Below are positions 23,471 to 35,002 of a stretch of 64,000 nucleotides of DNA, piece by piece. The DNA comes from Octopus sinensis. Taxonomy: Eukaryota. The stretch lies in assembly GCF_006345805.1 (NCBI RefSeq), contig NC_043001.1:128216001-128280000 (forward strand), written 5' to 3'. A program made the position numbers and the translations under genes. The notes under the pieces are model-generated. The model saw only the letters and a program-made list of their open reading frames with translations. It was not told the DNA's origin and did no database searches. Position 1 is the first letter of the stretch, and each line of letters starts with the position of its first letter.

Positions 23471-25743
23471 TTCTTTTATTAGGAACAAGCCCTCTTATAA
23501 AGATGGGACAATACAAAGACAGACAAAACAATACAGAGGGGTACACAAAACATAACGAATGAAATTATTTACCTGCCCCCTCCCTCCACACAAGCAGGCA
23601 GTTCCATTTTACTGTTTATGTATCACACAGTTCATTCTTGTTTTTTTTTCTCTTTCCATCATTAAGTCCTTATTTAAAAATCTTAAATATCTCACTTACT
23701 TTCCTTTATATTAGATATTCCACTATGTCTTCAAATGCCACCACTGGTGGCAACTCTTTGACTCTAAACTGTAACGGTGATATCTCTATCATTTCCCCAA
23801 ATAGTTCCTTCAACTTTTCACCTTTCTCTCTTACAAGCGAGACCACTTTAAAACCTTCATTGCACGGTTTAGGCGCTAACTTCACCCTAATTACATTTTT
23901 CACTTTCATGACTTTGTTTTTTCAGTTTCTACCTTTTCTTCTGTACTGTATCATAGTTCTTACTTGTTTTCCCTTCAGTGATACTTTCTGATTTCCATCA
24001 CTAATCTCTTCTGCTGTTGTTGGTATTTCCATCTCTTCCTTCCCTGCTTGTCTCTCGCTCGATGTTGTTGTCATTTCTCTTCTATACTCTTTTACTCTTT
24101 TCAGTCATTTGACTGCGGCCATGCTGGAGCACCGCCTTTAATTGAGCAACTCGACCCCGGGACTTATTCTTTTGTAAGCCCAGTACTTATTCTATCGGTC
24201 TCTTTTGCCGAACCGCTAAGTAACGGGGACATAAACACACCAGCATCGGTTGTTAAGCAATGCTAGGGGGACAAACACAAACACACACACGCATATATAT
24301 ATATACATATATACGACGGGCTTCTTTCAGTTTCTGTCTACCAAATCCACTCACAAGGCTTTGGTCGGCCCGTGGCTATAGTAGAAGACACTTGCCCAAG
24401 GTGCCACGCAGTGGGACTGAACCCGGAACCATGTGGTTGGTAAACAAGCTACTTACCACACAGCCACTCCTGCACCTATGTTCCTTTTTTCCTGTCTTTT
24501 TACTTTCTCCTCCGTGCTAATTCCTGGTATTGCTCTCTGTTTTCTGTCTTTGTCTTTCTCGCTTAATTTTGCCATCTAGTTTCTTTTCTACTCGTTCGAT
24601 TTTCCTCCTTTTGGTAACCCTTGTCTCTCCTCTACACTTCCTTTTCTTTTCTTCATGGGACTCTTTGGTGGTGAGTCCAAGTTTTCTTGTCTTTTCTTCC
24701 TCTTCACCACTGTGTATCTTTCTTCCATATTTTCCAGTGACCTCTACTTCTCTATGCCTTGCACGTCTACCTCTTCTCACTGTTCCATCTCCGTCACTTT
24801 CTCGTCATGTTTCTGAGGACACTTAGCTTTCATGTGACCCCGTACTCCACATTGATAGCATATGGGAGGTCTTCCTTCCACTACGACTCTCAGCTTTGTC
24901 TCATCCGGCAACACCAATTCCTCTGCAATTTTGTGAAGGTCTGGTAAACTAATGTGAACCGACACCTCAAGGCCGTATTCCCATCAGTTTACCTCTGTAG
25001 TTCTTGTAATTTTCAGTATTTTGGTTTCCTCTTCTGTATTATAGAGGATGGCTGCCACCAGCCACGCCTCGTCAAGTTCTGGTGGCATTCTACCAATCCT
25101 TCCTCCAGCCGCACGTTTGCCACAGTATGTTGGTTGCAGCACACACTCAGTTGATCTCAAAGGCACAGTGGAGTGTTTTATCGCTTCTTGTTCACTAGTG
25201 AAGCATACCTCCACTGTGCCGTATTTCTTTCCTCTGGTGTAGTACGTCATTAGATCTTTGACATCTCTCAAGCATTCTTTGACTGCTTCTACTGCAGCTA
25301 TTTCAACTCTTTTTATTGCAATAGACAGCATTCCGTATATAACTGTCTTTCTCTCTGTCTTTTCAATAACTTCTTTAGTTGGCGTCAGCCTCAAGCTGTC
25401 TCCTTCCTTTCTCAATAGTTGATTGTACTTCTTGAAGATTGTTTCTTCCAGTTGAATTTCTCTAACTTTCAAGACATCCGCCGTAAGACTTTTCCCAGTC
25501 ACTGCAGTGTAACTGCCTGCTGGAACTGGTTGACATTCCATAACGATATTATCCACAACTTCACCCATAAATGGGGAAGAAAAGTAAAAGTTCAGGTAAC
25601 AATAAATTCAACAATTCACTAATGTAACAATTAGGTGCGATAGAATTTCTACAATTCAAACGACAACAAGACTTACATGAAGCGAACACACATTAAATGC
25701 AACAGGGAATCAGATGACTCGACACAACACCAACGTCCTGATT
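23471..25743 (-). mobile_element. ORF1/gag-only retroelement B (RRM-like region, CCHC zinc knuckle, K/E-rich linker, C-terminal domain); no RT or endonuclease
   Basis: ORF 24984-25568 continues past a stop into 24777-24965 with CYQCGVRGHMKAKC (CX2CX4HX4C). After a SINE insertion it ends ...ELPPVVAFEDIVEYLI* at 23706, followed by a ~235-nt 3'UTR with AATAAA at 23475-23480. Confidence 0.8.
24085..24476 (-). mobile_element. SINE family 1 inserted in element B
   Basis: Near-consensus full copy. Confidence 0.9.
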
Positions 25744-25838
25744 GCTTTTATTTGGCACAAGGCCTCTTATAAAGAGGGGACAATACAAAGACAGACAAAA
25801 CAATACAGAGGGGTATACAAAACATATAATGGATGAAA

Positions 25839-26226
25839 TCTTTATATATAAAAGTCAAGTTGTATGTCTGTCTCCTACGATTTAGATTCCTAACTACTCC
25901 CACATTTTGCGGTGCAGTGTAACCAAAACCGGGTATCTTATAGTCGTGATTCATATCGAGCCCTTCTGGGTATTAGTGCGCGTCTACGACTTAAAAAAAA
26001 ATTTACCATCATTTTTTTCCATTTTAATGCATTTTTTTCGCTATTATATAAGGGAAGTAACTCTCTAAAAATGTCTACGATGAGTCAACGATTTAAAAAA
26101 AAAATTACCATAATTTTTTTTCCATTTTTAATGCATTTTTTTGCTATTTTTTGGCTATAACTCTCTAAAAATGCTTATATAGTTATTTCCCTTACAAACC
26201 CTAGCAACGCTGGGCGATACTGCTAG
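25839..26226 (+). mobile_element. Non-autonomous Helitron
   Basis: A|TC 5' end, subterminal hairpin ccctagcaacgctggg, CTAG|T 3' end, no TSD; the empty site atgaaa|ttat is seen in element B. Confidence 0.88.
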
Positions 26227-26384
26227 TTATGAATAAATTATAAATGAGATGAGATGGCTTACCTGCCCACCCCCCCAAGCAGGCAGTTCCATTTTACTGT
26301 TTATGTCTCACACAGTTCATTATTCTTTTTCATTTCCATCATTTTTTAAAAAGTCCTTATTTTAAAATTTTAAATATTTCAGTT

Positions 26385-26746
26385 AAATCGAAATCGATCA
26401 ACATCAATGGAAATTGCAGCTGTGATACTAGTGCTAGTGGCACGTAAGTGAATCATCCGAACGTGGCCGTTGCCAGTGCCGCCCCGACGGGCCTCTGTGC
26501 TGGTGGCACGTAAAAAGCACCATCCGACTGTGGTGGTTTGCCAGCCCCGTCTAGCACCTGTGCCAGTGGCACGTAAAAAGCACCCACTACACTCACGAGT
26601 GGTTGGCATTAGGAAGGGCATCCAGCCATAGAAACATTGCCAGATCAGACTGGGCCTGGTGCAGCCTTCCGGCTTCCCAGACCCCAGTCGAACCATCCAA
26701 CCCATGCTAGCATGGAAAGCGGACGCTAAATGATGATGATGATGAT
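26385..26746 (+). mobile_element. RTE 3' fragment inserted in element C
   Basis: ggcacgtaaaaagcac subrepeats and (GAT)n tail. Confidence 0.8.
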
Positions 26747-27004
26747 TCCACTATGTCCTCAAATGCCACCACTGGTGGCAACTCATTGAATCAAAACTGC
26801 AGTGGCAACATCTCTATCATTTCCCCGAACAGCTCCCTCAACTCCCCACCCCTCCACTTCACAAGCAAGACTGCCTTTAATGAAGAATGAGGAAAATAAA
26901 AATGTAAATTTTCAAGTAGAGTTCTTCCATTAATGCAAGGAACTGGTAAATTCTTTGATGTGGGAATTTTTCTTTCTCAATGCTGCATTAAATATAATCT
27001 GATA

Positions 27005-27427
27005 TACTCTCTACTCTCTACTCTTTACTCTTTTACTCTTTTACTTGTTTCAGTCATTTTGACTGCGGCCATGCTGGAGCACCGCCTTTAGTCAAGCAAA
27101 TCGACCCCGGGACTTATTCTTTGTAAGCCCAGTACTTATTCTATCGGTCTCTTTTGCCGAACCGCTAAGTGACGGGGACGTAAACACACCAACATCGGTT
27201 GTCAAGCAATGTTAGGGGGACAAACACAGACACACAAACACACACATACATATATATACATATATACAACAGGCTTCTTTCAGTTTCCATCTACCAAATC
27301 CACTCACAAGGCATTGGTCGGCCCGGGGCTATAGCAGACACTTGCCCAAGATGCCACGCAGTGGGACTGAACCCGGAACCATGTGGTTGGTTAGCAAGCT
27401 ACTTACCACACAGCCACTCCTGCGCCT
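27005..27427 (-). mobile_element. SINE family 1, full length
   Basis: Consensus head and (ctcttttact)n tail. Confidence 0.9.
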
Positions 27428-27699
27428 ATATATATTTTTTATTTTATTTATATATATATTTTTATTTATATATATTTTTTATTTTATTTTCTGTATTTCC
27501 TGATGCCAATACAAATTGTTATTGCTTCTAGACTGTGTGAACTAACAAGAGATCCTCTATATGGTGATTTGATCTGTTAGAAATAACACCAAAACTCACC
27601 TTTATTCACACCTAACTATTTTAACCCTTTAACATTAAAATTCTTCGGTCACATTTAATGTTTATAGAATGTTTTAAATTAATCATGCTTTATCTTATA

Positions 27700-28035
27700 A
27701 AGACCCCCTTCAGTCATGAACAACCATGGGATTGTACCTAGAAAGTTACCATTCAAAGCACTAGTCTGGGCAAGGTTGTTTATGGAAGACCAGCAGTCGC
27801 CCATGCATACCGGCCTCCCCTCTCCACGCCACCAGTGTTATCCAAGGGAAAGGCAAAGGCCAATACTGCTTGGCACTATTGACATTGCAACTCATTTCTA
27901 CAGCTGAGTGAACTGGAGGAACGTGAAATAAAGTATCTTGCTCAAGAACACAACACACATCCCAGTCCAGGAATTGAACTCACTATCTCATGATTGTGAG
28001 CCTGACGCTTTAACCACTGAGCCATGCATCTTCAC
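27700..28035 (-). mobile_element. tRNA-derived SINE (core H1, tail W)
   Basis: Reverse complement gcatggctcagtggtt...gagttcaattcc...tgttcttgagcaagatactttatttcac; sister copy at 55570-55905. Confidence 0.8.
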
Positions 28036-28124
28036 ATGCGTCACCTTATAGCTTCATGATTTCAATGATGTGATTATTTATTTTTAGAATGACATTATAG
28101 GGTAGGTGTGAGAGGCTGGATATT

Positions 28125-28546
28125 CTCTTTTCTCTTTTACTCTTTTACTTGTTTCAGTCATTTGACTGTGGCCATGCTGGAGCTCCGCCTTTAATCGAGC
28201 AACTCAACTCCAGGACTTATTCTTTTGTAAGCCCAGTACTTATTCTATCAGTCTCTTTTGCCGAACCGCTAAGTAACGGGGACATAAACACACCAGCATC
28301 GGTTGTCAAGCAATGCTAGGGGGACAAACACAGACACACAAACACACACACATACACACACATATATATATATATACATATATACAACAGGCTTCTTTCA
28401 GTTTCCGTCTACCAAATCCACTCACAAGGCATTGGTCGGCCCGGGGCTATAGCAGAAGACATTTGCCCAAGATGCCTTGCAGTGGGACTGAACCTGGAAC
28501 CATGTGGCTGATTAGCAAGCTACTTACCACACAGCCACTCCTGCGC
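28125..28546 (-). mobile_element. SINE family 1
   Basis: Consensus match. Confidence 0.88.
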
Positions 28547-28714
28547 CTGGTTGGTTTCAATATAAGATATTTAGAATTTTTGAACTGGATATGATAAGTT
28601 TAAATGCTAATGAGTTAAAATTGGAGAAGGACATGTTACTGGATAATGTAGACCTAGAAATACAAAAAGAAAAGGATTGCCTAATTATGCAACGGGTTTT
28701 TATGGTCTCCAGAC

Positions 28715-29110
28715 AGAGAGCTTACTTTTTTACTCTTATACTTGTTTCAGTCATTAGATTGCGGCCATGCTGGAGCACCGCCTTTAGTCGACCAAATCGA
28801 CCCCAGGACTTATTCTTTGTAAGCCTAGTGCTTATTCTATAGGTCTCTTTTGCTGAACCGCTAAGTTACAGGGACATAAACACACCAGCATCGGTTGTCA
28901 AGCGATGTTGGGGGGACAAACACAGACACACAAACACACATATATATATACATATATACGATGGGCTTCTTTCAGTTTCCGTCTATCAAATCCACTCACA
29001 AGGCTTTGGTTGGCCTGAGGCTATAGTAGAAGACACTTGTCCAAGGTGCCATGCAGTGGGATTGAACCCGGAACCATGTGGTTGGTAAGCAAGCTTCTTA
29101 CCACACAGCC
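28715..29110 (-). mobile_element. SINE family 1
   Basis: Consensus match. Confidence 0.85.
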
Positions 29111-30054
29111 ACAAAATGATTCTTATTTCATAGGGTCAATGTATGACACTGAGTCCTGTACATGGCCTTCATTTGTTTTATTGGTCAAAAACTATTTTGG
29201 CATGTATCAAACAGACAACTACTCCGAATTAGTAGCAGACGCAATCTTTTACCCTGTTACTTGTTTCACTCATTGGATTATTTCCATGCTGGTATGCTGC
29301 CTTCTGGAGTTAGTCAAAACAATTTGACCCCAATACTTATTTTTGAGTCTACTACTACTACTACTACCACCATTACCACCACTACTACTACTACTATCAT
29401 CACCACCACCAGCAGCAACCGTTCAAGAATTTGGACCTGGAGATCTCCATTTCCAGCGACTTCGAGGGCCACCTCCCAGTGGTGTCAGGCATCAACGAAG
29501 AGCCCTCGATTACAACAAGACAACCAAAGTTTTTTTTTCAAGGTCTGGGGTCTCCCACCCCTAAGCCCTAGACCATCACCTAATCACCCTTAACCGTCTT
29601 GTTGCTTAACAACAGCAGCAGCAGCAGAACCACTACCACCACCACAGCCATCGTCCCTATTTCCACGCTTTAAAAACTGCTGAATTATTTAAATACACTA
29701 AAACAAAGTAAAAGGAAATAAAATGGAATTATCCTTAAAAAGGCTTTTCCTTAATATCTCCTGTCAACAATAAAAAGTTTGTTCCTCTACTTAATCGTAT
29801 AGAAAGACAAAGTATGTTTAAAACAAACAATGCTATAACTGTTTCATATCGGATGTTAATCCTCTGTAATTTCCTCCTGTTAGTTGGAGACAAGCCTGAT
29901 AAACACTTAAATAATCGCATTAAGTACACATGTATTTTCATAACAGTGTGGTAAGAAGTTGTTTCCCAATGACATGGTTCTAGGTTCAGTCCATACTGTA
30001 TAGCACCTTGGGCAGGTGTCTTCTACTATAGCCTTAGGCTGACCAAGGCCTTAA

Positions 30055-30276
30055 CCCTTTAACATTTAAACCGGCCATATCCGGCCAAAAGTATTCTGCC
30101 TGTTTTATGTTCAAACTGGCCAGATCTGGTCTCTCACACCAACCCTACAATATCATTTTAAAAATTAACAGCTACCTCATCAAAATCTCAAAGCTACAAG
30201 ATAATGCCTGATTAGTTCAAGGCAATGTGGATAAAAAAAGGATTAATTTTGGCAGAATAATGCGAACACTAAAGGG
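30055..30276. mobile_element. piggyBac-type MITE inserted into a + strand SINE family 1 fragment (about 29945-30300)
   Basis: TTAA|ccctttaac ... cactaaaggg|TTAA; SINE sequence resumes on both sides. Confidence 0.85.
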
Positions 30277-30611
30277 TTAATGGAAACTGAAAGAAACCCA
30301 GCATGTATGTTTACAGGGTTGGCCAAAAGTCAGCTGACAGTAAATCAAAACCATTTAATTCCAAGATTTATTTATGTTTAACATCTGAATGAATTGAAAA
30401 TTGTCCAACACATTTTTCCATTCAAGTCAATACAGAATTACAGATAATATTTATGGAAATTTGATTTACTGTCACATGACTTTTGGCTAACCTGTATGTA
30501 TGTGTATGTATATAATGGGAAGGTTTATGAAAATAAACAAAAGACGAAGGCAGGTGGAGTACAAACAAACAAATGTATTAGTATGGCGCTCAGGAGTAGA
30601 AATAGAACAAG

Positions 30612-30649
30612 TCTTTTACGTTTCGAACCTACGCTCTTCGACAGAAAGA
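30612..30649 (-). ncRNA. Minimal hammerhead-like motif, A6U variant
   Basis: Reverse complement tcttt CTGTCGA A gagc gtag gttc GAAA CGTA aaaga. Confidence 0.4.
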
Positions 30650-30814
30650 TATGCAGAAAAGAAACAAGGAGAGAAAAAAAAGCGTGTAGGAGCTAAATAT
30701 ATATATATATATATTAGACATATATATATATATATATATATATTAGACATATATATATATATTAGACATATATATGTATATATATTAGACACATATATAT
30801 ATATATAGATATAT

Positions 30815-31510
30815 ATCATCATCAACATTTAATATCCTTTGGCCATGGGTTGAACAAGCTGGCAAGCTGAAGGGCAGTACCAGACTCCAGTCTGATTTGG
30901 CATGGTTTCTGCGGCTGGATGCTCATCCTAATGCCAACCACTCCAAGAGTGTAATGAGTGATTTTACATGCCACTGGCATGGGTGCCAATTGTGTTACAC
31001 TAGTACCTGCTACAACTACGATTTCACTTGGCTTGACGGTTCTGCTACTCAAGCATGGCATGTTGCCAAAAGTTTTGGTCATTTGTCATTGCCTCTGTGA
31101 GGCCCAATGCTTGAAAGTGTTTTTTACGTACCACCAGCACAAGGTGCTAGTTACACGAGAATGGCATCAGCCACAGGGCCTCTATGTGGCCCAACACTTG
31201 AAAGGTGCTTTTTACATGCCACTGGCATGGGTGCTACCTATACAACACCAGTGTCAGCCACATTGCTTCTGTGAGGCCCAACACTTGATAGGTGGTTTTT
31301 ACATGCCACGACTATGATTTCACTTGGTTTGACAGGTCTTCTGAAGCGTGGCATATCACCAAAGGTCTTGGTCACAAGCCATTGCCTCTGTGAAGCCAAA
31401 TGTTCGAAGATCATGCTTCACCACCTCCTTCCATGTCTTCTTGGTTCTATCTCATCCACAGGTTCCCTCTAGTTAGAGATTGGCACTTCACGCAATTGTC
31501 CTCATCCATA
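30815..31510 (-). mobile_element. RTE LINE 3' end (ORF C-terminus, long 3'UTR, (GAT)n tail)
   Basis: Reverse-strand translation EGTCG*DRTKKTWKEVVKHDLRTFGFTEAMACDQDLW resembles the RTE C-terminal GRPRKTW motif. Confidence 0.8.
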
Positions 31511-31514
31511 TACA

Positions 31515-32507
31515 TCACAAATTTATAAGGCCATGAGACTGGAGAGAAGTTGTCTTATCGTGCATCAGATTGTTAAAGGCATGCTGTCCAACCTGGTGTT
31601 CACTGCTGGGAAGAAATTTGACATTGAACAAATAGTAAACCATCAGAATGACTGACTTTGGAGTGTATGTGGCTCCATCAAAGGTAGACTCATAAATAAA
31701 CTGCTGTAACAGCCACTGGAAGGTCTCCCCTTGTTTTTGTGCCCTCGGGGTTTTAAAATTAACACCCAGCAACATTTTGGAAGCTGAACTGCTTCCATGG
31801 GCAAATGATCACTTTCAAAGCACACCTTGCAGCCTCCAACAGGACATGGCATCAAACAGACACAGCACTTGATTCAGTAAAACAGTACATCGTTCATAGG
31901 CAAGTATGTATGGTCCTTAAGAAGCCCCAATCTCAATCTGTTGGATTTTTCTGTTTGATCCATTTTGGAGATGAGGGTCTTGAGTACTCCTCATGCTTTG
32001 CTTGATGTTCTGAAGGCAAAACTGTGTCAGGAATGGGCTTCAATGGCGGCGAGCTGGCAGAATTGTTAGGATGCCGGGCGAAATGCGTAGCGGTATTTCG
32101 TCTGCCGTTACGTTCTGAGTTCGAATTCCGCCGAGGTCGACTTTGCCTTTCATCCTTTCGGGGTCGATTAAATAAGTACCAGTTACGCTCTGGGGTCGAT
32201 ATAATCGACTTAATCCGTTTGTCTGTCCTTGTTTGTTCTCTCTGTGTTTAGCCCCTTGTGGGTAGTAAAGAAATAGGAATGGGCTTCAATTCTGCAAGAG
32301 CAGCTGTGTGCCACATGTGAAGCATTCATACCTAGACTTACAGCTGTGATTTGAAACAGAAGTGGTCATATCAAATATATGTGGTAGTGTCATAATTGTG
32401 GTTCCTTTACCATTGCATTGCATTGCAATGCTTAGACCTGAAATATAACAATAGTTTACTTTGGCAAAATTGAAAAAAGTTGGTTGTCTTAATTTTGGGA
32501 CACCCTG
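31515..32507 (+). pseudogene. IS630-Tc1-mariner (maT/DD37D-like) transposase remnant with right TIR
   Basis: NLVFTAGKKFDIEQIVNHQND, LQQDMA, SPNLNLLDFSV*SILE, LKAKLCQEW; ends ttttgggacaccctg|TA; subfamily assignment is inference. Confidence 0.75.
32045..32274 (+). mobile_element. SINE family 2, full length, 16-bp TSD
   Basis: TSD aggaatgggcttcaat at 32029-32044 and 32275-32290. Confidence 0.93.
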
Positions 32508-32569
32508 TATGTATGTATATATATATATATATATATATATACGTATGTATGTATGTTTATATATATATG

Positions 32570-32601
<32 letters not shown>

Positions 32602-33977
32602 TATGTATGTATATATATATATATATTATGTATGTATGTATGTATGTGTGGGGGTGGTGGTATCTATGTGTGCGTCTTTGTATCTGTGTTTGTTTCCCAT
32701 ACCACTTGACAACTGGTATTGATGTGTTTATGTACTTGTAACTTAGTAGTTTAGCGAAAGAGACCGATTGAATGGTCATGGCTGGAATGTAGTATCTCAA
32801 GGCTGGCATAATTCAATAGTTTGTTATTGCCCTTTGCTAAACTGTTTACAACAAGCACAAGAAAGAGAAGAAGGAGGAAGAGGGGAGGAAGGAGGAGGAG
32901 GAAGAAGAGGAGGGGATGAAGAAGGAGGAAGAGGATGACAATAACAGCAACAGCAGCAAAGGCAACAAAAGGGACTACAAAGCCCAACAAATAAGGCTTC
33001 TGCTTACCCAAAGTTGCCATACCCCCATATCTTCCCCCAGACAAACTTATTGATACTTTTAAAATAAAGGTCATGTGTTTCAAGTCTTAAGTCAGGAGAC
33101 AAGCATTCTTCATGATATGAACTGGATTGTTACTGCTTAATTGCCTATCAATTAATCTATTTTCTAATGTAAGAAACACTGTCTGAAACATTAGATATTT
33201 CATCTTGACCCACCCATAACAAACCAACATAAGTAAATTTTTGTTTAGTTTCGTTTTGGTTTGGTTTTTACAGTATTGATTCTTGCCAAGAAAGACAATT
33301 CTCTTTACTAATTCTTCTGATAATATTCAAGCAATTATTTGATTTGCTTATATTGATTAATGAGATAGGTTTCTGATGTAATGAGCTAACGATGGCTATT
33401 CAGTGAAACGCAGGAACAAAGACGTCATTGAATTTTATGCTCACAATTGTAATTGATTTCACTGTATACAGTTTTTTTTTTCTATTTGGCCAATTTACAT
33501 TTGTATTTACGCCCTGAATCAAAAGCTTTTTATTTTCAGTTCAATTTGTCCAGCCTATAGTATTTTATGTGGTTCAACCGAGAAAAAAGAAGTTATTCAT
33601 ATGTAATATTACTTTTGTAGCAGGGTGTAAAAAATTAATCAAACATTTCCTAGAGCAGTGAAGCACAAAAAAGGGTTGGGAACTAATGTACTATCCTAAT
33701 CAATGGAGATACATGTATCCCCTTCCCATGAAGAGCAATCTCTCTGGTTCTGCCACCAACTTATCGCTCTCAATTCCAATATCTTATAAGCAATGGAGGA
33801 AATAACAAGTGATAATCTTTTCACCCCCTTGACTTTCTTTCTTCCTTTCTCCCCCTCTCTCTTTCTCTCTCACCCCTACCCGTCTCTCTGTAAGATTAAA
33901 TCTACCAGACATTTGTTCTACAGCAATGGTCCTTTGCCCTTCAGGACTTTATCATTGTCATTGACATCAGTTAGTTC

Positions 33978-34352
33978 TATACTCTTTACTCTTTTACTCT
34001 TTTACTTGTTTCAGTCATTTGACTGCGGCCATGCTGGAGCACCGCCTTTAGTCGAGCAAATCGACCCCGGGACTCATTCTTTGTAAGCCCAGTACTTATT
34101 CTATCGGTCTCTTTTGCCGAACCGCTAAGTGACGGGGACATAAACACACCAGCATCGGTTGTCAAGCAATGCTAGGGGGACAAACACATACATATACACA
34201 CATATATACATATATACGACAGGCTTCTTTCAGTTTCCGTCTACCAAATCCACTCACAAGGCATTGGTCGGCCTGGGGCTATAGCAGAAGACACCTGCCC
34301 AAGACGCCACGCAGTGGGACTGAACCCGGAACCATGTGGTTGGTTAGCAAGC
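33978..34352 (-). mobile_element. SINE family 1, head truncated
   Basis: Consensus match. Confidence 0.88.
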
Positions 34353-35002
34353 TAACTATATCTAGCATGAAAATCTGCTTCTAACTAGGTTGCCTTTCTC
34401 TGAGCTTCAACTCTGTCTTACTTCTTAGATTAGAATTTCCCTGTCAAATCTTAACTGCTGCAGAAGTTGATAATATCATCTCCTTAAGCTTCTGTCAATT
34501 TTTGTGCAATCACAAATCTGTTGTTTCCTGCACTTTTCCTTCCACACATTATCCTTTTGGTATTAACCCGCCCAAGCCACTCCTGGTTCTCCGATGCAAT
34601 GTTCCTGGTTTAAAATCATCTAAATGACATCCTGCAATGAAAATTTCCTGTTAAATTATATTTCAAATGTCAGCTTAATAATGACAGTTATTTTACTAAA
34701 TACTTCATTATTTTCAAATTTAGTTCAGACAGTTTCTTTAGAAACATGGCAATAAAAGGGTTAAAGACCAGATTTTACTTCTAACTTTACTCACACTAAT
34801 GTAGATGATATCACTCTTTGCTCATCCTTAACCATCCTTATATGGGCATCAGCGACATATAATGTACACACCTCATGTCAAATCTACACTACATCCATAA
34901 ACATTAATCTGAGAAACATTTTTCACTGAATACATGAAAAAACTACTCTCCTTCAACAGCACTACTACATGCAATAATTACATATGTGAAAGAGACAATT
35001 TG

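Larger units (their letters stand above)
25744..26880 (-). mobile_element. 5'-truncated element C (C-terminal domain plus 3'UTR, close relative of B), carrying Helitron and RTE insertions
   Basis: LRELFGEMIEMLPLQF*FNELPPVVAFEDIVE; its 3'UTR aligns with 23471-23700. Confidence 0.8.

Noticed and set aside
23471-26380. Shared 3'UTR blocks interpreted as LTRs
   Set aside because: No TG...CA termini or primer-binding site were seen, and the block at the end of A is too divergent from that of B; poly(A)-type ends fit a non-LTR origin better.
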